Counted from the first letter of the stretch, positions 20,989 through 32,425 are shown. The stretch is 64,000 nt of DNA from Microcoleus sp. (GCA_052279835.1 CP181291.1:4288001-4352000), one strand, 5' to 3'. The notes: a model not told the origin generated them from the sequence alone. Numbers and translations are program-made.

Positions 20989-21384
20989 TTAGCGATCGGC
21001 TGTTTCACAGTCACACAAAATAGAAAAGAATTTACAAGCTAGACAATCAGTGGGAACTTTTTCTAAGTTTTGTCGATCGACAGTTTCTAGGGCTGCACTG
21101 TCGGCGGGCTTGACGCACAGAGCAACTTGTCCGACTCCAGCCATAAGTTCGGCAACCCGCTCTAAAATACTTTCCATTTTGTTAATCAGTCGCTCGGCTG
21201 CTTCCAGGTTAGGCGCGATCACGAAAAAAGTTTTGACTCCTTCGGGACTGGGTGCGAAGCCGAGGGTGCACTCGCGTAATAGTGCTTGAGTTGAGAGACT
21301 CAAAGGGTCATCGAAGCGATCGATTACAGCTTGATAAAAGGCTTGAGTCAGAGAACGATCGCCAAAAATAGGTTGAGATAACAT
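20989..21384 (-). CDS. Hypothetical protein
   Basis: 131-aa ATG ORF of plausible composition, divergent from argS. Confidence 0.6.
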   Translation of the reverse strand: MLSQPIFGDRSLTQAFYQAVIDRFDDPLSLSTQALLRECTLGFAPSPEGVKTFFVIAPNLEAAERLINKMESILERVAELMAGVGQVALCVKPADSAALETVDRQNLEKVPTDCLACKFFSILCDCETADR

Positions 21385-21627
21385 GGCAACTTCCTTTGGT
21401 AGGATCTTTAGGAGGATTGAAAAAATTTTAACATACCTTAATTTAATAGATTTAATTAAATTCGATCGCGATCGAGATCATCAACTAAATGTGATTTTTG
21501 AGGATTTGTGTAGCGTTCGCAACTGTGATAAAATCAGTTATGTGTTATCACGGCGAATAATTGACATCCCCAGACTAACGCCCCAGAAAAGTAAAAATAT
21601 TCCTAATTTTGGCTCTACTTATACAGT

Positions 21628-23385
21628 ATGTTCTCAACCACATCCCAGTTAAAAGCAAGATTTGACAAAGCATTCACCACAGCATTCGGGGAAAATCTAG
21701 CAGGTACCGATCCGATGCTGACAGCAGCAAGCAATCCCAACTTTGGGGATTTTCAGTGCAATGCGGCGATGAGTTTGGGGAAAAAGTTAGGAAAGCCACC
21801 ACGGGCGATCGCCCAAACCATCATCGAAAACCTCGACATCGCCGACATCTGCGAAACCCCAGAGATTGCTGGCCCTGGTTTTATCAATTTAAAACTCAAA
21901 CCGGCTTATTTGGAAGCGCAAGTTAGGGCGATGGCGATCGACTCCCGTTTGGGAATCGCACCCACAGAAACACCTCAAAAAGTGGCGATCGACTTTTCGA
22001 GCCCCAACATCGCCAAAGAAATGCACGTCGGGCACCTGCGATCGACTATTATCGGCGATGCGATCGCCCGCATCCTCGAATTTCTCGGCCACGACGTCAT
22101 CAGAATCAACCACATCGGCGACTGGGGCACCCAATTCGGAATGCTCATCGCCTATTTGCGCGAAGTTCACCCCGAAGCTCTCACAACTGCTGACTCCCTA
22201 GATTTAGGAGATTTAGTGGCATTTTACCGCCAAGCAAAACAGCGATTTGATGCAGACGAAACCTTCAAAGAAACCGCCAGACAAGAAGTAGTAAAACTGC
22301 AAGCCGGTGCCGAAGATACTCGTCGCGCTTGGAAATTGCTATGCGATCAATCCCGCCGCGAATTTAAAGTAATCTACGATTTGCTCGACATCAAATTAAC
22401 CGAACGCGGCGAATCCTTCTACAATCCATTATTACCCGCAGTAGTCGAAGATTTAACCAGTCTCGGTTTGCTAGTAGAAAGTGACGGTGCAAAGTGCGTT
22501 TTTGTAGACGGTTTTACCAACAAAGAAGGGGAACCACTGCCACTAATTGTCCAAAAAAGCGACGGTGGCTACAACTACGCCACCACCGATTTAGCAGCAA
22601 TCCGCTACCGGATCGAAGAAGACGGCGCAAAACGGATAATTTACGTCACCGATTCAGGACAAGCCAACCATTTTGCTCAAGTATTTGCAGTAGCCAGAAA
22701 AGCCAATTGGATTCCAGACAATGTGGAAATTGTTCACGTTCCCTTCGGTTTAGTATGCGGAGAGGATGGCAAAAGACTCAAAACTCGTTCTGGGGATGCA
22801 GTGCGGTTGCAGGATTTGCTCGATGAGGCGATCGTGCGAACCCGTGCAGATTTAGAAACAAGATTGGAAGATGAGAAAAGACAGGAAACAGAAGAGTTTA
22901 TTACTAACGTCTCTCAAGTAGTTGGCTTGAGTGCAGTCAAGTATGCCGACTTAAGTCAAAACCGGGCAAGTAACTATGTCTTTAGTTACGACAAAATGCT
23001 CGCCTTGCAAGGAAATACAGCACCTTATATGCTGTATGCTTACGTGCGCGTGCAGGGAATTCGCCGCAAAGGTGGGATTGATTTTGATAACTTAGATGCT
23101 GGTGCGAAAGTGATTTTAGAGTCGGATGCGGAGTTGGTATTAGCCAAGCATTTATTGCAGTTGAATGAAGTGATAAATGCAGTTAGTGGAGATTTATTGC
23201 CCAATCGGATTTGTCAGTATTTGTTTGAATTGAGTCAAAAATTCAATCAATTCTTTGAGCAATGTCCCGTGTTGAAGGCTGAGGAACCATTGAGGAGTTC
23301 GCGGTTAGTTTTGTGCGATTTGACGGCGCGGACTTTGCAGTTAGGCTTAGGATTGTTGGGAATTCAAGTCTTGGAGAGGATGTGA
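21628..23385 (+). CDS. argS: Arginine--tRNA ligase
   Basis: [35 protein letters not shown]-terminal LERM. Confidence 0.97.
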   Translation: MFSTTSQLKARFDKAFTTAFGENLAGTDPMLTAASNPNFGDFQCNAAMSLGKKLGKPPRAIAQTIIENLDIADICETPEIAGPGFINLKLKPAYLEAQVRAMAIDSRLGIAPTETPQKVAIDFSSPNIAKEMHVGHLRSTIIGDAIARILEFLGHDVIRINHIGDWGTQFGMLIAYLREVHPEALTTADSLDLGDLVAFYRQAKQRFDADETFKETARQEVVKLQAGAEDTRRAWKLLCDQSRREFKVIYDLLDIKLTERGESFYNPLLPAVVEDLTSLGLLVESDGAKCVFVDGFTNKEGEPLPLIVQKSDGGYNYATTDLAAIRYRIEEDGAKRIIYVTDSGQANHFAQVFAVARKANWIPDNVEIVHVPFGLVCGEDGKRLKTRSGDAVRLQDLLDEAIVRTRADLETRLEDEKRQETEEFITNVSQVVGLSAVKYADLSQNRASNYVFSYDKMLALQGNTAPYMLYAYVRVQGIRRKGGIDFDNLDAGAKVILESDAELVLAKHLLQLNEVINAVSGDLLPNRICQYLFELSQKFNQFFEQCPVLKAEEPLRSSRLVLCDLTARTLQLGLGLLGIQVLERM

Positions 23386-23485
23386 TATCAAATTCGCTCT
23401 TCATCGGAATTATTCATCTCTTTCTCTTCTCTTTCTCTGTGTTCTCTGCGTTCTCTGCGGTTAAATCATTCCGATCCAACAAAGG
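23386..23485 (-). mobile_element. Degenerate MITE family A copy
   Basis: tatcaaattcg...ctctgcgttctctgcggttaaatcattccgat directly after the argS stop. Confidence 0.55.
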
Positions 23486-23489
23486 AGGA

Positions 23490-23987
23490 TTATTCTGCAT
23501 CAATGCCTTCCCACAGTTCAGAAAGCGGTACAGTCTCTCCTTTCATTGCTTCGTGCCATCCTTGACGAAAACACTCTTCTGCTGACTTCAGCGGTTCGTC
23601 AGCAAGAGCAATTTCTTGTTTTGCGCGTTGGGCAGCAGCAACAAGTTGTGGTTGCGTTTTCTTGAAAGATTCGTCCCATTGAAGCTCATCTTTTAAGTCT
23701 GCGATATACTCTTTCAAGTATTCTGCTACTTGCTGTTGTAAAGTTTCTGGCAAAGACTCCATCATCTCGATCGCTGCATCAATGCCATCCCACAGTTCCG
23801 ATACAGGTCTAGTTTTCCCTGTCTTTATTTCCAGCCATGCTTGCCGAAAACTTTCTTCGGGAGATGGCAGTGCCTCTTCATCTTCATTAGCAAGAACGAT
23901 AATGCGGACTCGGCGATCGGCAAATTTGGCTGATTGGGCGAGAATTTCTTCCCAGGTTCCCTCTAGTTCTAACACTTGTGTTGTCAT
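23490..23987 (-). CDS. Hypothetical protein built of fused antitoxin-like modules
   Basis: Motif ExFRQxWxExxxGxTxPxSELWxGIDA occurs twice, flanking a QWDESFKKTQPQLVAAA module. Confidence 0.55.
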   Translation of the reverse strand: MTTQVLELEGTWEEILAQSAKFADRRVRIIVLANEDEEALPSPEESFRQAWLEIKTGKTRPVSELWDGIDAAIEMMESLPETLQQQVAEYLKEYIADLKDELQWDESFKKTQPQLVAAAQRAKQEIALADEPLKSAEECFRQGWHEAMKGETVPLSELWEGIDAE

Positions 23988-24167
23988 TTTTTTGATGGAA
24001 TTGTGTATGACTAAGTTTATTTTAGCGTGTGAAGAAGTGCGCTCTAGTACAATGACAGTAGCTTAATGAATTATAGAGAAGAATTTAGAATTATTTTAAT
24101 ACCTTCCCAGGATGGGCGATTTAAAAGATCTCAAATGGGTTCTATAGCGATTTCTAAAATCGATCGT

Positions 24168-25010
24168 TTATGGTCTTTTGTTAACAACCAAGCCCTCTAG
24201 AATGTGTTTAAACATTGTGACCACAATTTGGCGATCGTTATCCCTCACAAATATATCGTAATTGGGACTGGAATTAATTTCAATTAACCAGTAGTCGCCC
24301 TTTTGGTCTACCGCAATATCAAACCCACCATAGGTAACATTGATTTCCGCAAACACAGGCTGTACAAAATCTTCAATCTCAGAGATAATCTTGGAATCAA
24401 TGATATGCTTAGCTGTGGCTCCCTCCCAATGCAGCGGGCTTAAATTACCTGTAAATTTAGCGCCTAATTTATCTTTTTCATAGAGCAGAACTAGCTTTTG
24501 ATTGCTAAAAACTGCCCGATATTCATGGCGAATATCAATGTAATCTTGAGCTAGGCAAACATAGTCATAATCTTTGGTATTGACATTAAATACTGTTTCA
24601 ATAGCTGCTTGAATTTGCTCCAAGGTTTCACACAGGAACACATTATTTCCAGCGGAACCTCGATTTCTTTTGATAATCAGGGGCAATGAAAATACTTTAC
24701 TCACCTCGGTGGCAATTTCTTGACATTTTTGAATTTTCAAATATTCTCGATATTTTGACTCGCAAAAAGGAGATAAGAAACCCATTGTTTTTGGGGTTTT
24801 AATTTTACTATTCAGCAGTTGATAGGTATATTCTTTATCTTTAAATATTTGGACTATGGGTGCGCTATTAAACGGTGTAACATAATTTACAAAGTAATAG
24901 TATTGACCAGAATGTTGAATTCTGATTAAGTTTTGGTTGGGGGCAAGAATTTCATAATTGATATTTAACTGTTGACAAGCTTCAAGCACCAGACTGATAT
25001 TAGTTAGCAT
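24168..25010 (-). CDS. RimK-like ATP-grasp ligase
   Basis: KDKEYTY, PLIIKRNRGSAGNNV, EYRAV, GGFDI, LIEINSSP; start taken at MLTNIS (the upstream extension is STRR). Confidence 0.8.
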   Translation of the reverse strand: MLTNISLVLEACQQLNINYEILAPNQNLIRIQHSGQYYYFVNYVTPFNSAPIVQIFKDKEYTYQLLNSKIKTPKTMGFLSPFCESKYREYLKIQKCQEIATEVSKVFSLPLIIKRNRGSAGNNVFLCETLEQIQAAIETVFNVNTKDYDYVCLAQDYIDIRHEYRAVFSNQKLVLLYEKDKLGAKFTGNLSPLHWEGATAKHIIDSKIISEIEDFVQPVFAEINVTYGGFDIAVDQKGDYWLIEINSSPNYDIFVRDNDRQIVVTMFKHILEGLVVNKRP

Positions 25011-25266
25011 AATGTTAAGTGGAAGGAAGATGGAAGAAGGAAGAAGGAAGGAAAAAACTATTCTCAATGCCCGATGCCCAATGCTCAATGCCCAATATCC
25101 TACAGTTAGATTAGCTCGATCGCCCCAATCCGATTCCTGCTAACCCGAAAATCGATCGCACCCTGGGGAAAATCGCCCTGAGTCTGGGCAGGATTCCGAA
25201 AATAGCCAAAAGTTAAGAGTAGAATAGTCCAAGAGCCGATCGCTCGATCGTAGTCTACAGCGAAAT

Positions 25267-27519
25267 ATGACCCCACCGCAGCCGCCCCACAAACCTCGAA
25301 CCGTCTTGGGTGCTATTACTCAAGCAGTCCAGACTATCGCCAAGGTTAATTTTAACCAGCTAGTGCTGAAACCGAATGCCAAAGTCCCCGAACTATGGGT
25401 GCAGGATGCCGGTGCTACCAAGGCCGAGGTTTATCCGCTATTGGGCGATCGATATCTTTTAGGTCGATCGTCCAAATCCTCTGATATTGTTATTCGCAAT
25501 CCCGTAGTCAGCCACCTACATTTATCCCTATCACGGGATACTACGCGCCGCACTCCTTTTGTCATCAAAGACGAAGGTTCTACCAACGGAATTTACCGCG
25601 GCAAAAGGCGAATTCAAAGTATGTCCCTGCGTCACGGCGATGTATTTACTTTAGGGCCACCAGAACTCGCCGCTGCTGTCAGAATTCAGTACATAGATCC
25701 GCCACCTTTGTATTCAGAAATTTTGCGCTACAGCTTTTATGGAATCAGCGGAGTCACGGCTTTAATCGGGATGGCGATCGGCATTGAATCGACCAAATTT
25801 CAAGTACGTCCTCTGCCGAGAAGTGTCAACGGGCCAGTGATTGTGTACGCCCGTGATGGTCAAACTCCCCTGCGTCCTCCTCAAAATAATGCTCACTTAG
25901 AATTAAAGAAATTACCCGATTTTTCTCCTTATTTAGCCAAGGCAGTCATGGCTTCAGAAGACAGTCGCTACTACTGGCATTTAGGAGTAGATCCCATCGG
26001 CGTTTTGCGTGCACTTTTAACCAATTTTCGTGGAGGCGGAATTCGCGAAGGAGGCAGCACTCTGACACAGCAATTAGCTAGGAGTTTGTTTCGAGATTAT
26101 GTGGGGACTCAAGATTCGGCGGGACGCAAATTGCGGGAAGCAGTAGTTGCATTAAAATTAGAAAGCTATTACAGCAAAGACGAGCTATTGCTGACTTATT
26201 TGAATCGCGTATTTTTGGGTATTGACCTGTATGGTTTTGAGGATGCAGCTCGGTTTTATTTTGGCAAATCTGCCAAGGATTTGAATTTATCAGAAGCGGC
26301 AACTTTAGCGGGAATTTTGCCCGCTCCCAATAGTTTTAACCCGATTCAAAATTATCAGTTGGCGGTGCAGTATCGCGATCGCGTAATCGAACGGATGCGG
26401 GCGATGGGTACAATTTCTCAGGAAGAAGCCGATCGCGCGAGGCGATCGCGAATTGAGATCAACCCAAAAGCGCGGGAATTTTTGCAAAGTACGATCGCTC
26501 CTTATTTCTACAGTTATGTATTTGACGAATTAGAATTTTTACTGGGGGAACAGTTAGCCAGAGAAGGTAATTTTATTGTAGAAACAGGCTTAAATCCCAC
26601 ACTCCAAAAAGTAGCAGAAAGTTCCCTCAGAAATGCTGTAGAAAATACAGGAGCAAGGGATGGTTTTTCCCAAGGAGCCGTGGTAACTCTCAACACAGCC
26701 ACTGGCGAAGTATTAGCTTTAGTTGGCGGTGTCAGTTATCTACAAAGTCAGTTTAACCGAGCTACCCAAGCCTTGAGACAACCAGGTTCTACCTTTAAGA
26801 TTTTCACCTATGCAGCCGCCCTAGAACGGGGAATTTCCGCCAATAAAGGTTACTCCTGCGAACCCCTTTCTTGGGGCGGACAAAGTTACAGTGGCTGCGA
26901 AAGAACTAGCGGTAGTGCAGATATGTATCGGGGTTTAGCACAGTCAGAAAATGCCATTGCTTTGCGAGTAGCCCAAGATGTTGGTTTAGACAATGTAGTG
27001 CGAATGGCGAAGCGTTTAGGAATCACTTCTCCCTTGCGTTCAACCCCTGGATTAGTATTAGGTGAAAGTGAAGTTAATGTATTGCAACTAACCGGGGCAT
27101 TTGGGGTTTTAGCCAATCGGGGCTTGGGCAATCGCCCCCATGTAATCAAGCGCATTATTGATAGCAGCGATTGCGAAGATAGAAAAAACTTTAAGAATTG
27201 TCGCGTGGTTTATGACTATCAAAAAGATGGAGTAGCCAATCAGCAATTAGTTTCGGAAGTCGTAGCAGATACCATGACAGATATGCTGCAAGGAGTGGTG
27301 CGGGGAGGTACCGGTAGCAGTGCGGCTTTGGGCTTGGGAGAAGCGGGCAAAACTGGCACGACTAATGATAACAAAGATTTGTGGTTTGTCGGTTATATTC
27401 CGAGTCAGCAATTGGTGACTGGAGTTTGGCTGGGAAATGATGATAATTCTCCAACTCAGGGAGGTAGTCGAGATGCGGCTCAATTGTGGGGGGATTATAT
27501 GCGACAAGTGGCGCGTTAA
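25267..27519 (+). CDS. FHA-domain class A penicillin-binding protein (PBP1A-like)
   Basis: FHA (LGRSS..VSHLH..STNG), transglycosylase EDSRYY/GGSTLTQQ, transpeptidase STFK, SEN, KTG. Confidence 0.9.
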   Translation: MTPPQPPHKPRTVLGAITQAVQTIAKVNFNQLVLKPNAKVPELWVQDAGATKAEVYPLLGDRYLLGRSSKSSDIVIRNPVVSHLHLSLSRDTTRRTPFVIKDEGSTNGIYRGKRRIQSMSLRHGDVFTLGPPELAAAVRIQYIDPPPLYSEILRYSFYGISGVTALIGMAIGIESTKFQVRPLPRSVNGPVIVYARDGQTPLRPPQNNAHLELKKLPDFSPYLAKAVMASEDSRYYWHLGVDPIGVLRALLTNFRGGGIREGGSTLTQQLARSLFRDYVGTQDSAGRKLREAVVALKLESYYSKDELLLTYLNRVFLGIDLYGFEDAARFYFGKSAKDLNLSEAATLAGILPAPNSFNPIQNYQLAVQYRDRVIERMRAMGTISQEEADRARRSRIEINPKAREFLQSTIAPYFYSYVFDELEFLLGEQLAREGNFIVETGLNPTLQKVAESSLRNAVENTGARDGFSQGAVVTLNTATGEVLALVGGVSYLQSQFNRATQALRQPGSTFKIFTYAAALERGISANKGYSCEPLSWGGQSYSGCERTSGSADMYRGLAQSENAIALRVAQDVGLDNVVRMAKRLGITSPLRSTPGLVLGESEVNVLQLTGAFGVLANRGLGNRPHVIKRIIDSSDCEDRKNFKNCRVVYDYQKDGVANQQLVSEVVADTMTDMLQGVVRGGTGSSAALGLGEAGKTGTTNDNKDLWFVGYIPSQQLVTGVWLGNDDNSPTQGGSRDAAQLWGDYMRQVAR

Positions 27520-27582
27520 TTCATCAGGAAATATCAAAGCCAGATTTGCTATAATTTGTGCGATCGGTAATTCCCAAAACCT

Positions 27583-28203
27583 ATGACTCTAGCTTTACCC
27601 AAGCTCGTAAACTTCGAGGAATTTGTGGAGTGGCTACCTGAAAATTCGACGGTACGCTACGAATTGCATAATGGAGATATTGTGGAGATGGCCCAACCAG
27701 TAGGCGAACACGAGGAAGTTACAGGCTTTCTGACAATCAAAATTTCCGCTCAAATCGATCGCCTGGGATTGCCATACAGTATCCCCAACAAAGTGATAGT
27801 TAGACCCCCTGAAAAAGATTCGGGTTATTTCCCGGATTTGTTGGTGCTGAATCGTGAAAATCTGGCCAACGAAACTTTATGGCAAAAACAATCTGTCCTG
27901 AGTTTGGGTGCATCGATACCTTTGGCGATCGAGGTTGTGTCAACTAATTGGCGGGATGATTATTATTTGAAATACGCTGATTATGAGGAGATGGGTATCC
28001 CTGAATATTGGATTGTGGATTATGCTGCGTTGGGTGGACGTAGTTTTATTGGCAATCCGAAACTACCGACAATTTCTGTGTGTAATTTGGTTGATGGTGA
28101 ATATCAAGTCCTCAAGTTTAGAGATAATGACAGAATTTTATCGCAATCTTTTCCCGATTTGAACTTGACTGCAAATCAGATTTTTGGGGCTGGTTTAGTG
28201 TAA
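27583..28203 (+). CDS. Uma2 family endonuclease
   Basis: RYELHNG, PDLLV, IEVVSTNWRDDY..K..YE.MGIPEYWIVD. Confidence 0.9.
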   Translation: MTLALPKLVNFEEFVEWLPENSTVRYELHNGDIVEMAQPVGEHEEVTGFLTIKISAQIDRLGLPYSIPNKVIVRPPEKDSGYFPDLLVLNRENLANETLWQKQSVLSLGASIPLAIEVVSTNWRDDYYLKYADYEEMGIPEYWIVDYAALGGRSFIGNPKLPTISVCNLVDGEYQVLKFRDNDRILSQSFPDLNLTANQIFGAGLV

Positions 28204-28326
28204 GCTGATATTTTGTAAATTTGGATTTTTTTACCGCACAGGGCGCTCCTGAACGCAGAGTAAGATAAGAGAGGGATGACTCAATCCGATCTCTGTCAAT
28301 TTGAGATCGGAATATCGATATATGGA

Positions 28327-28998
28327 TCACAACAATCCGCGATAACGGATAAATACTAACATTACTGCCCAGGAACCCAAGGCGACTTTGAGTGCAACTA
28401 TGATATTGAGTAAGGGGAGAATTCCGCCGCTTAAAAGCGTGCCTAATTCTCCGTGGGGTAACTCATATCCAGAAAGAGTGATTACTGAGAGTACAATAAA
28501 AACCAGTACGGAAACCTTCTCCCAAGTCGCCGCGTGCCACTGTTTGTAGATGTCTTGCATCGCCTGGGGTGATGAGGTAATGGCGATGAGCCCGATCGCG
28601 GTTCCGCCCGCTACACCGGCTGCAAAACCACCGCCGGGACTTAAATGCCCCCGAATTGCTAATTCTACACCCACCAAGGCAGCAATGGTTGCTCCCAATC
28701 GTGCCAAAATAATCGATGGTCGATCGGTAAATTGATAAATCGCGCAGGAAGGCTGTTCATTTGCAAGTAGATAACTCGCGCCCAAAATGGCGATCGTAAA
28801 TACTACGACTTCAAAAATAGTATCATACAATCGGTTTCGCAAAATGATACCCGAAACCGCATTGGATACTCCACTATCTTGGACAACCAATTCGACGATA
28901 GAACTTTGCTGGGATAATAACTCGGCTGTGGGATTAGCGATCAGCAGCATTTTCACAAACAGCGCTATTCCAGCTACAATGTAAACCCATTTCATCAA
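28327..28998 (-). CDS. mrpB: Na+/H+ antiporter subunit B
   Basis: RLYDTIFE, GHLSPGGGFAAG. Confidence 0.85.
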   Translation of the reverse strand: MMKWVYIVAGIALFVKMLLIANPTAELLSQQSSIVELVVQDSGVSNAVSGIILRNRLYDTIFEVVVFTIAILGASYLLANEQPSCAIYQFTDRPSIILARLGATIAALVGVELAIRGHLSPGGGFAAGVAGGTAIGLIAITSSPQAMQDIYKQWHAATWEKVSVLVFIVLSVITLSGYELPHGELGTLLSGGILPLLNIIVALKVALGSWAVMLVFIRYRGLL

Positions 28999-29582
28999 TG
29001 CTTCTCCTCTACGTCTGGTGTATTTACATAGGTTAGGGTTGTCCGTGGTGATGCAAGTTCGGTTTGCATGATGTCATAGACGCGGCGAACTCTAATTACG
29101 GTGTTATAAGGTTGCACTTCCCCACTTTGTTCTAGTTGTTCTTGTGGGGAACAAACAGCATGAACTTCTTTTTCCATCAGCGCCCGCTCTAATGCTTGTG
29201 CACTCCCATAGGGAACCAATTCCAAACGCATATGGCGTTTCTTGAAAACTGCACGAAAGTCATCTATCACTTGCTGAAAATGACCTGTTTTTTTGTCATC
29301 TGAGACAACATCATTGTCTATCCCACCTTCGATGACACCCAAACGCAGCACCAGAGATGAACGCACCGTCACTGCATAAAGTGTAATCGCGAGTAGGGTG
29401 CCCATCAAGGCTTCGGTTAAGCCCACATCCCCCGCGCCCAAGATTGTATATACCAAAGCTGCGATCGCCCCCAATACACCTCGCAGCAGCAATGCGTGGT
29501 ATGGATTGACCTGAAACACCAGCATACCAGCAGCTAACGGGAGCAGAGCGACGAGGACATAAATATAGCTGTTATCGTTCAT
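28995..29582 (-). CDS. Mrp antiporter DUF4040-domain subunit
   Basis: LGAGDVGLTEALMG motif; position in the mrp cluster. Confidence 0.75.
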   Translation of the reverse strand: MNDNSYIYVLVALLPLAAGMLVFQVNPYHALLLRGVLGAIAALVYTILGAGDVGLTEALMGTLLAITLYAVTVRSSLVLRLGVIEGGIDNDVVSDDKKTGHFQQVIDDFRAVFKKRHMRLELVPYGSAQALERALMEKEVHAVCSPQEQLEQSGEVQPYNTVIRVRRVYDIMQTELASPRTTLTYVNTPDVEEKH

Positions 29583-29859
29583 AGTTACTCCCTGCATTGG
29601 AACAATAGGCTAATACATATCCCAGCATTGTATTCCATATTGCTAAGCAAATGAGGGCAAGAATTAGCAAAGGCCATTTATTGGGTATTTTCAGTAACAA
29701 TCCAACAACAATCAACATTGAGCCAAGGGTATCTGCTACCGAAAGACTGTGAAGTTTATATAAAACCGATCGCTTCCCCAGCAGATAAGAAGTACCCCAA
29801 AACCAGAAGAAAATTCCTATACCGATGCAGGTATAACTCAAAACATCTATTACAATCAT
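29572..29859 (-). CDS. mrpG: Na+/H+ antiporter subunit G
   Basis: KLHSLSVADTLG; hydrophobic; cluster context. Confidence 0.8.
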   Translation of the reverse strand: MIVIDVLSYTCIGIGIFFWFWGTSYLLGKRSVLYKLHSLSVADTLGSMLIVVGLLLKIPNKWPLLILALICLAIWNTMLGYVLAYCSNAGSNYER

Positions 29860-30119
29860 GCGTCACTAATACGTTTAATTATTTGTGCCAACAACATCAA
29901 TCCAGCATTACCCACACTGAGGATAATCGCCGCTACCACACCGATCATCCAATCATCGCGCCAGACAGATATAACCAGAGCAATGATTGCCGCCTTAGTT
30001 GAAATACTGGCAAAAGCCAACATTGTCTGCCAGATATCATCATCTTTCCATACCTCATACATCGGTATGAGCAGAGCCAAAATCATCAAAATCAAAATCA
30101 AGTTGTTCAAGTTCTGCAA
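29856..30119 (-). CDS. mrpF: Na+/H+ antiporter subunit F-like
   Basis: Small three-TM ORF between mrpE and mrpG; start uncertain. Confidence 0.65.
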   Translation of the reverse strand: MQNLNNLILILMILALLIPMYEVWKDDDIWQTMLAFASISTKAAIIALVISVWRDDWMIGVVAAIILSVGNAGLMLLAQIIKRISDA

Positions 30120-30226
30120 TTATCTACCCTCCTAACTTAGCCCAATAAAAACTAGAAAGTTCCCTCTTCTCTTCCTCTGCGCCCTCTGCGCCCTCTGCGG
30201 TAAAAAAAATCCTCAAAAAACATCAG

Positions 30227-30610
30227 CTAATTACTAGAAGTCCGTCGCACCCGGTGCACTTCGTAAAAACCCTCTTCGTGGTAATTCACAACAATTGTTT
30301 TCGGTGTAAAAGTAATCAAAAACACATCAAGGAAGATTAACAAGGGCGATCGATGATTTGGTACTTTCTCCATAATCACATCTTCATGTCTGTGGGGACG
30401 GAAAATGAGTTCAAAAGCTTCTATATAAGCTATGGGAATCGCCATCAAAATTTTACCCAATACATCAAACCACTCCTTTAAAGGTTCTGGGGGTGCGTAG
30501 CTGCGGGGTAATAGGAAAGCGATGACAATGCCGATCGCAATATTTGCCAAACTAAAATCCGCAGTCAGTAAAAACCAGATGCTCAATCTTAATATGAGAT
30601 GTCCAATCAT
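30227..30610 (-). CDS. mrpE: Na+/H+ antiporter subunit E
   Basis: ITFTPKTIV motif; start MIGHLILR overlaps the mrpD stop. Confidence 0.8.
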   Translation of the reverse strand: MIGHLILRLSIWFLLTADFSLANIAIGIVIAFLLPRSYAPPEPLKEWFDVLGKILMAIPIAYIEAFELIFRPHRHEDVIMEKVPNHRSPLLIFLDVFLITFTPKTIVVNYHEEGFYEVHRVRRTSSN

Positions 30611-32040
30611 TTTGGTAATGCCATCCAGAATAGTAGAATTGAAATCAGACTCATAAAACCGACCAAATGATCGAATTCTTCTAGCATACGAGGCAGTTTG
30701 ATTGCCGTGCGTTGAAAAATCAAGAAATAGGCTAACCAACCAACAGCGATAGTGCCGATCGCCTTGAGCATATTTTCCAGCGTATAAGCCTCAACATAAA
30801 AAGCATTAGCTGCAATCAACCCACCCAGCAACAGCAACACAGCAGGCCAAAAACCAGGTTTTGCTTCCGCTTTGCCACCACGGGGTAGAAAGATGAATTT
30901 AGCAAAGGAAATTGCCGTCCCCACGGCTGCGACATTCATCGCGATCGCTTGCCAAGGTAATAAACTTTTCATCGTCAAAACTTTGGCCCCAAAGCCAACC
31001 AAAAAGGGGAAGCCAGAGATTGATAAGCTAGCAATAACTAAAGCAATCCAGATTTTGAGTTCGATCGGCTTCTGTTTCAATTCTTTCAGATTCCGGCTCG
31101 GTAACGAGCCAGCAATCAAAAACAGCGAAGATTTGACCAAACCGTGTGCCAGGGCATAAAAGCCGCCCACTTCCGGTGCAGCGAGAATAAAGCCCAACTG
31201 CGAAACCGTGTGAAAAGCCAACATCCGTTTGGTATCTTTTTCTAAAACGGCACAGGACACGCCCATTAGCGCCGTCCCGACCCCGAAAATCTCTACAATG
31301 GGAGCCACCTCATCCACCATGAGGGCGCAGCGCACGAGGGGATATACCCCCGCTTTCACCACAATTCCTGATAGCAAAGCCGACACTGGTGTTTCAGCTT
31401 CCGAGTGAGTTAACGGTAGCCATAGCCCGGATACAAACACGCCTCCTTTCACCAAAAGTCCCATAAAAATCAGAGCGATCGCCTCTGGGGGTGCTTTTGC
31501 TAATCCGGCAAAACTAAAGGAATAACTTGCTTTATAAACCAACACGGCACCGATGAGATAAAACAACATTGCCGTGTTGCTAATAAATAGATAGCGCAAC
31601 GCTACCCAAATAGAGCGATCGCTGCGAGGATAAGCAATCAACAAAAAAGCCGCAATCCCGCTGACTTCTAAGCCTACGTATAAACTGATAAAATCCGTAG
31701 AGGCAAAGGCGGCATTTAGACTGCCGTGCACCATCAGAATCTGTGCATAAAAAAATGCCGACTTATCTGTGGGCCAACAGTAGAGAACAACTGCTGCCGT
31801 GACTAGGGCATTGGTTAAGATAAAATAGCCACTCAAGCTATCGACTAGCAAAGTAACACTGAAATTATTTAGTAACTCCAGCGTCACCGCTGATGGTATC
31901 ACAAAAAGCTCGGCTGCAAAAGCAGCAGATACAATCGCTCCTAATAGGGCGAGATACTTGTCAAGCTTGGGCATCAAATAAATGATAAACCCGATAAAAA
32001 ATGGAAATGTAATCCAGGCGATCGTCAGGGTATTCATCAA
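30607..32040 (-). CDS. mrpD: Na+/H+ antiporter MrpD/MrpA-type membrane subunit
   Basis: LYVGLEV, WLPLTHSEAETPVSALLSG, KRMLAFHTVSQLG. Confidence 0.85.
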   Translation of the reverse strand: MMNTLTIAWITFPFFIGFIIYLMPKLDKYLALLGAIVSAAFAAELFVIPSAVTLELLNNFSVTLLVDSLSGYFILTNALVTAAVVLYCWPTDKSAFFYAQILMVHGSLNAAFASTDFISLYVGLEVSGIAAFLLIAYPRSDRSIWVALRYLFISNTAMLFYLIGAVLVYKASYSFSFAGLAKAPPEAIALIFMGLLVKGGVFVSGLWLPLTHSEAETPVSALLSGIVVKAGVYPLVRCALMVDEVAPIVEIFGVGTALMGVSCAVLEKDTKRMLAFHTVSQLGFILAAPEVGGFYALAHGLVKSSLFLIAGSLPSRNLKELKQKPIELKIWIALVIASLSISGFPFLVGFGAKVLTMKSLLPWQAIAMNVAAVGTAISFAKFIFLPRGGKAEAKPGFWPAVLLLLGGLIAANAFYVEAYTLENMLKAIGTIAVGWLAYFLIFQRTAIKLPRMLEEFDHLVGFMSLISILLFWMALPK

Positions 32041-32089
32041 AAAAGTTTCGGTAGTTTGGGAAACCCCATCTCTGCAAGAGCGGGGAGTA

Positions 32090-32425
32090 TTAATTAGTGT
32101 TATTCATCTCGATTTCATTACATTCCAATGTCGGATTATCCCGTGCCAGCTTCATCACCCCTACCAGCATTAAGGCTTGAATCGAAAAGCCGATCACGAT
32201 CGCCGTTAAGATCACCGCCTGGGGAACCGGATCTGCGTAGGGGACATCTTTGCCTTTTGCAATAATTGGTGTCAGCCAGCCATCTCGCGCTGCTACTACC
32301 ACATAATACGCGATCACCCCTGTACTCATGACATCCATGCAGACGATTTTCATGAGCAGGTTTTTTTTCAAAATGATACCAAAAAATCCGCAAAAAACTG
32401 TTGCCAATACCAATGCTTCTAACAT
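32090..32425 (-). CDS. mrpC: Na+/H+ antiporter subunit C
   Basis: DPVPQAVILTAIVIG. Confidence 0.9.
   Translation of the reverse strand: MLEALVLATVFCGFFGIILKKNLLMKIVCMDVMSTGVIAYYVVVAARDGWLTPIIAKGKDVPYADPVPQAVILTAIVIGFSIQALMLVGVMKLARDNPTLECNEIEMNNTN

Noticed and set aside
28327..32425. mrp cluster lacking a full-length mrpA
   Set aside because: The C-D-E-F-G-DUF4040-B arrangement is a known cyanobacterial layout.
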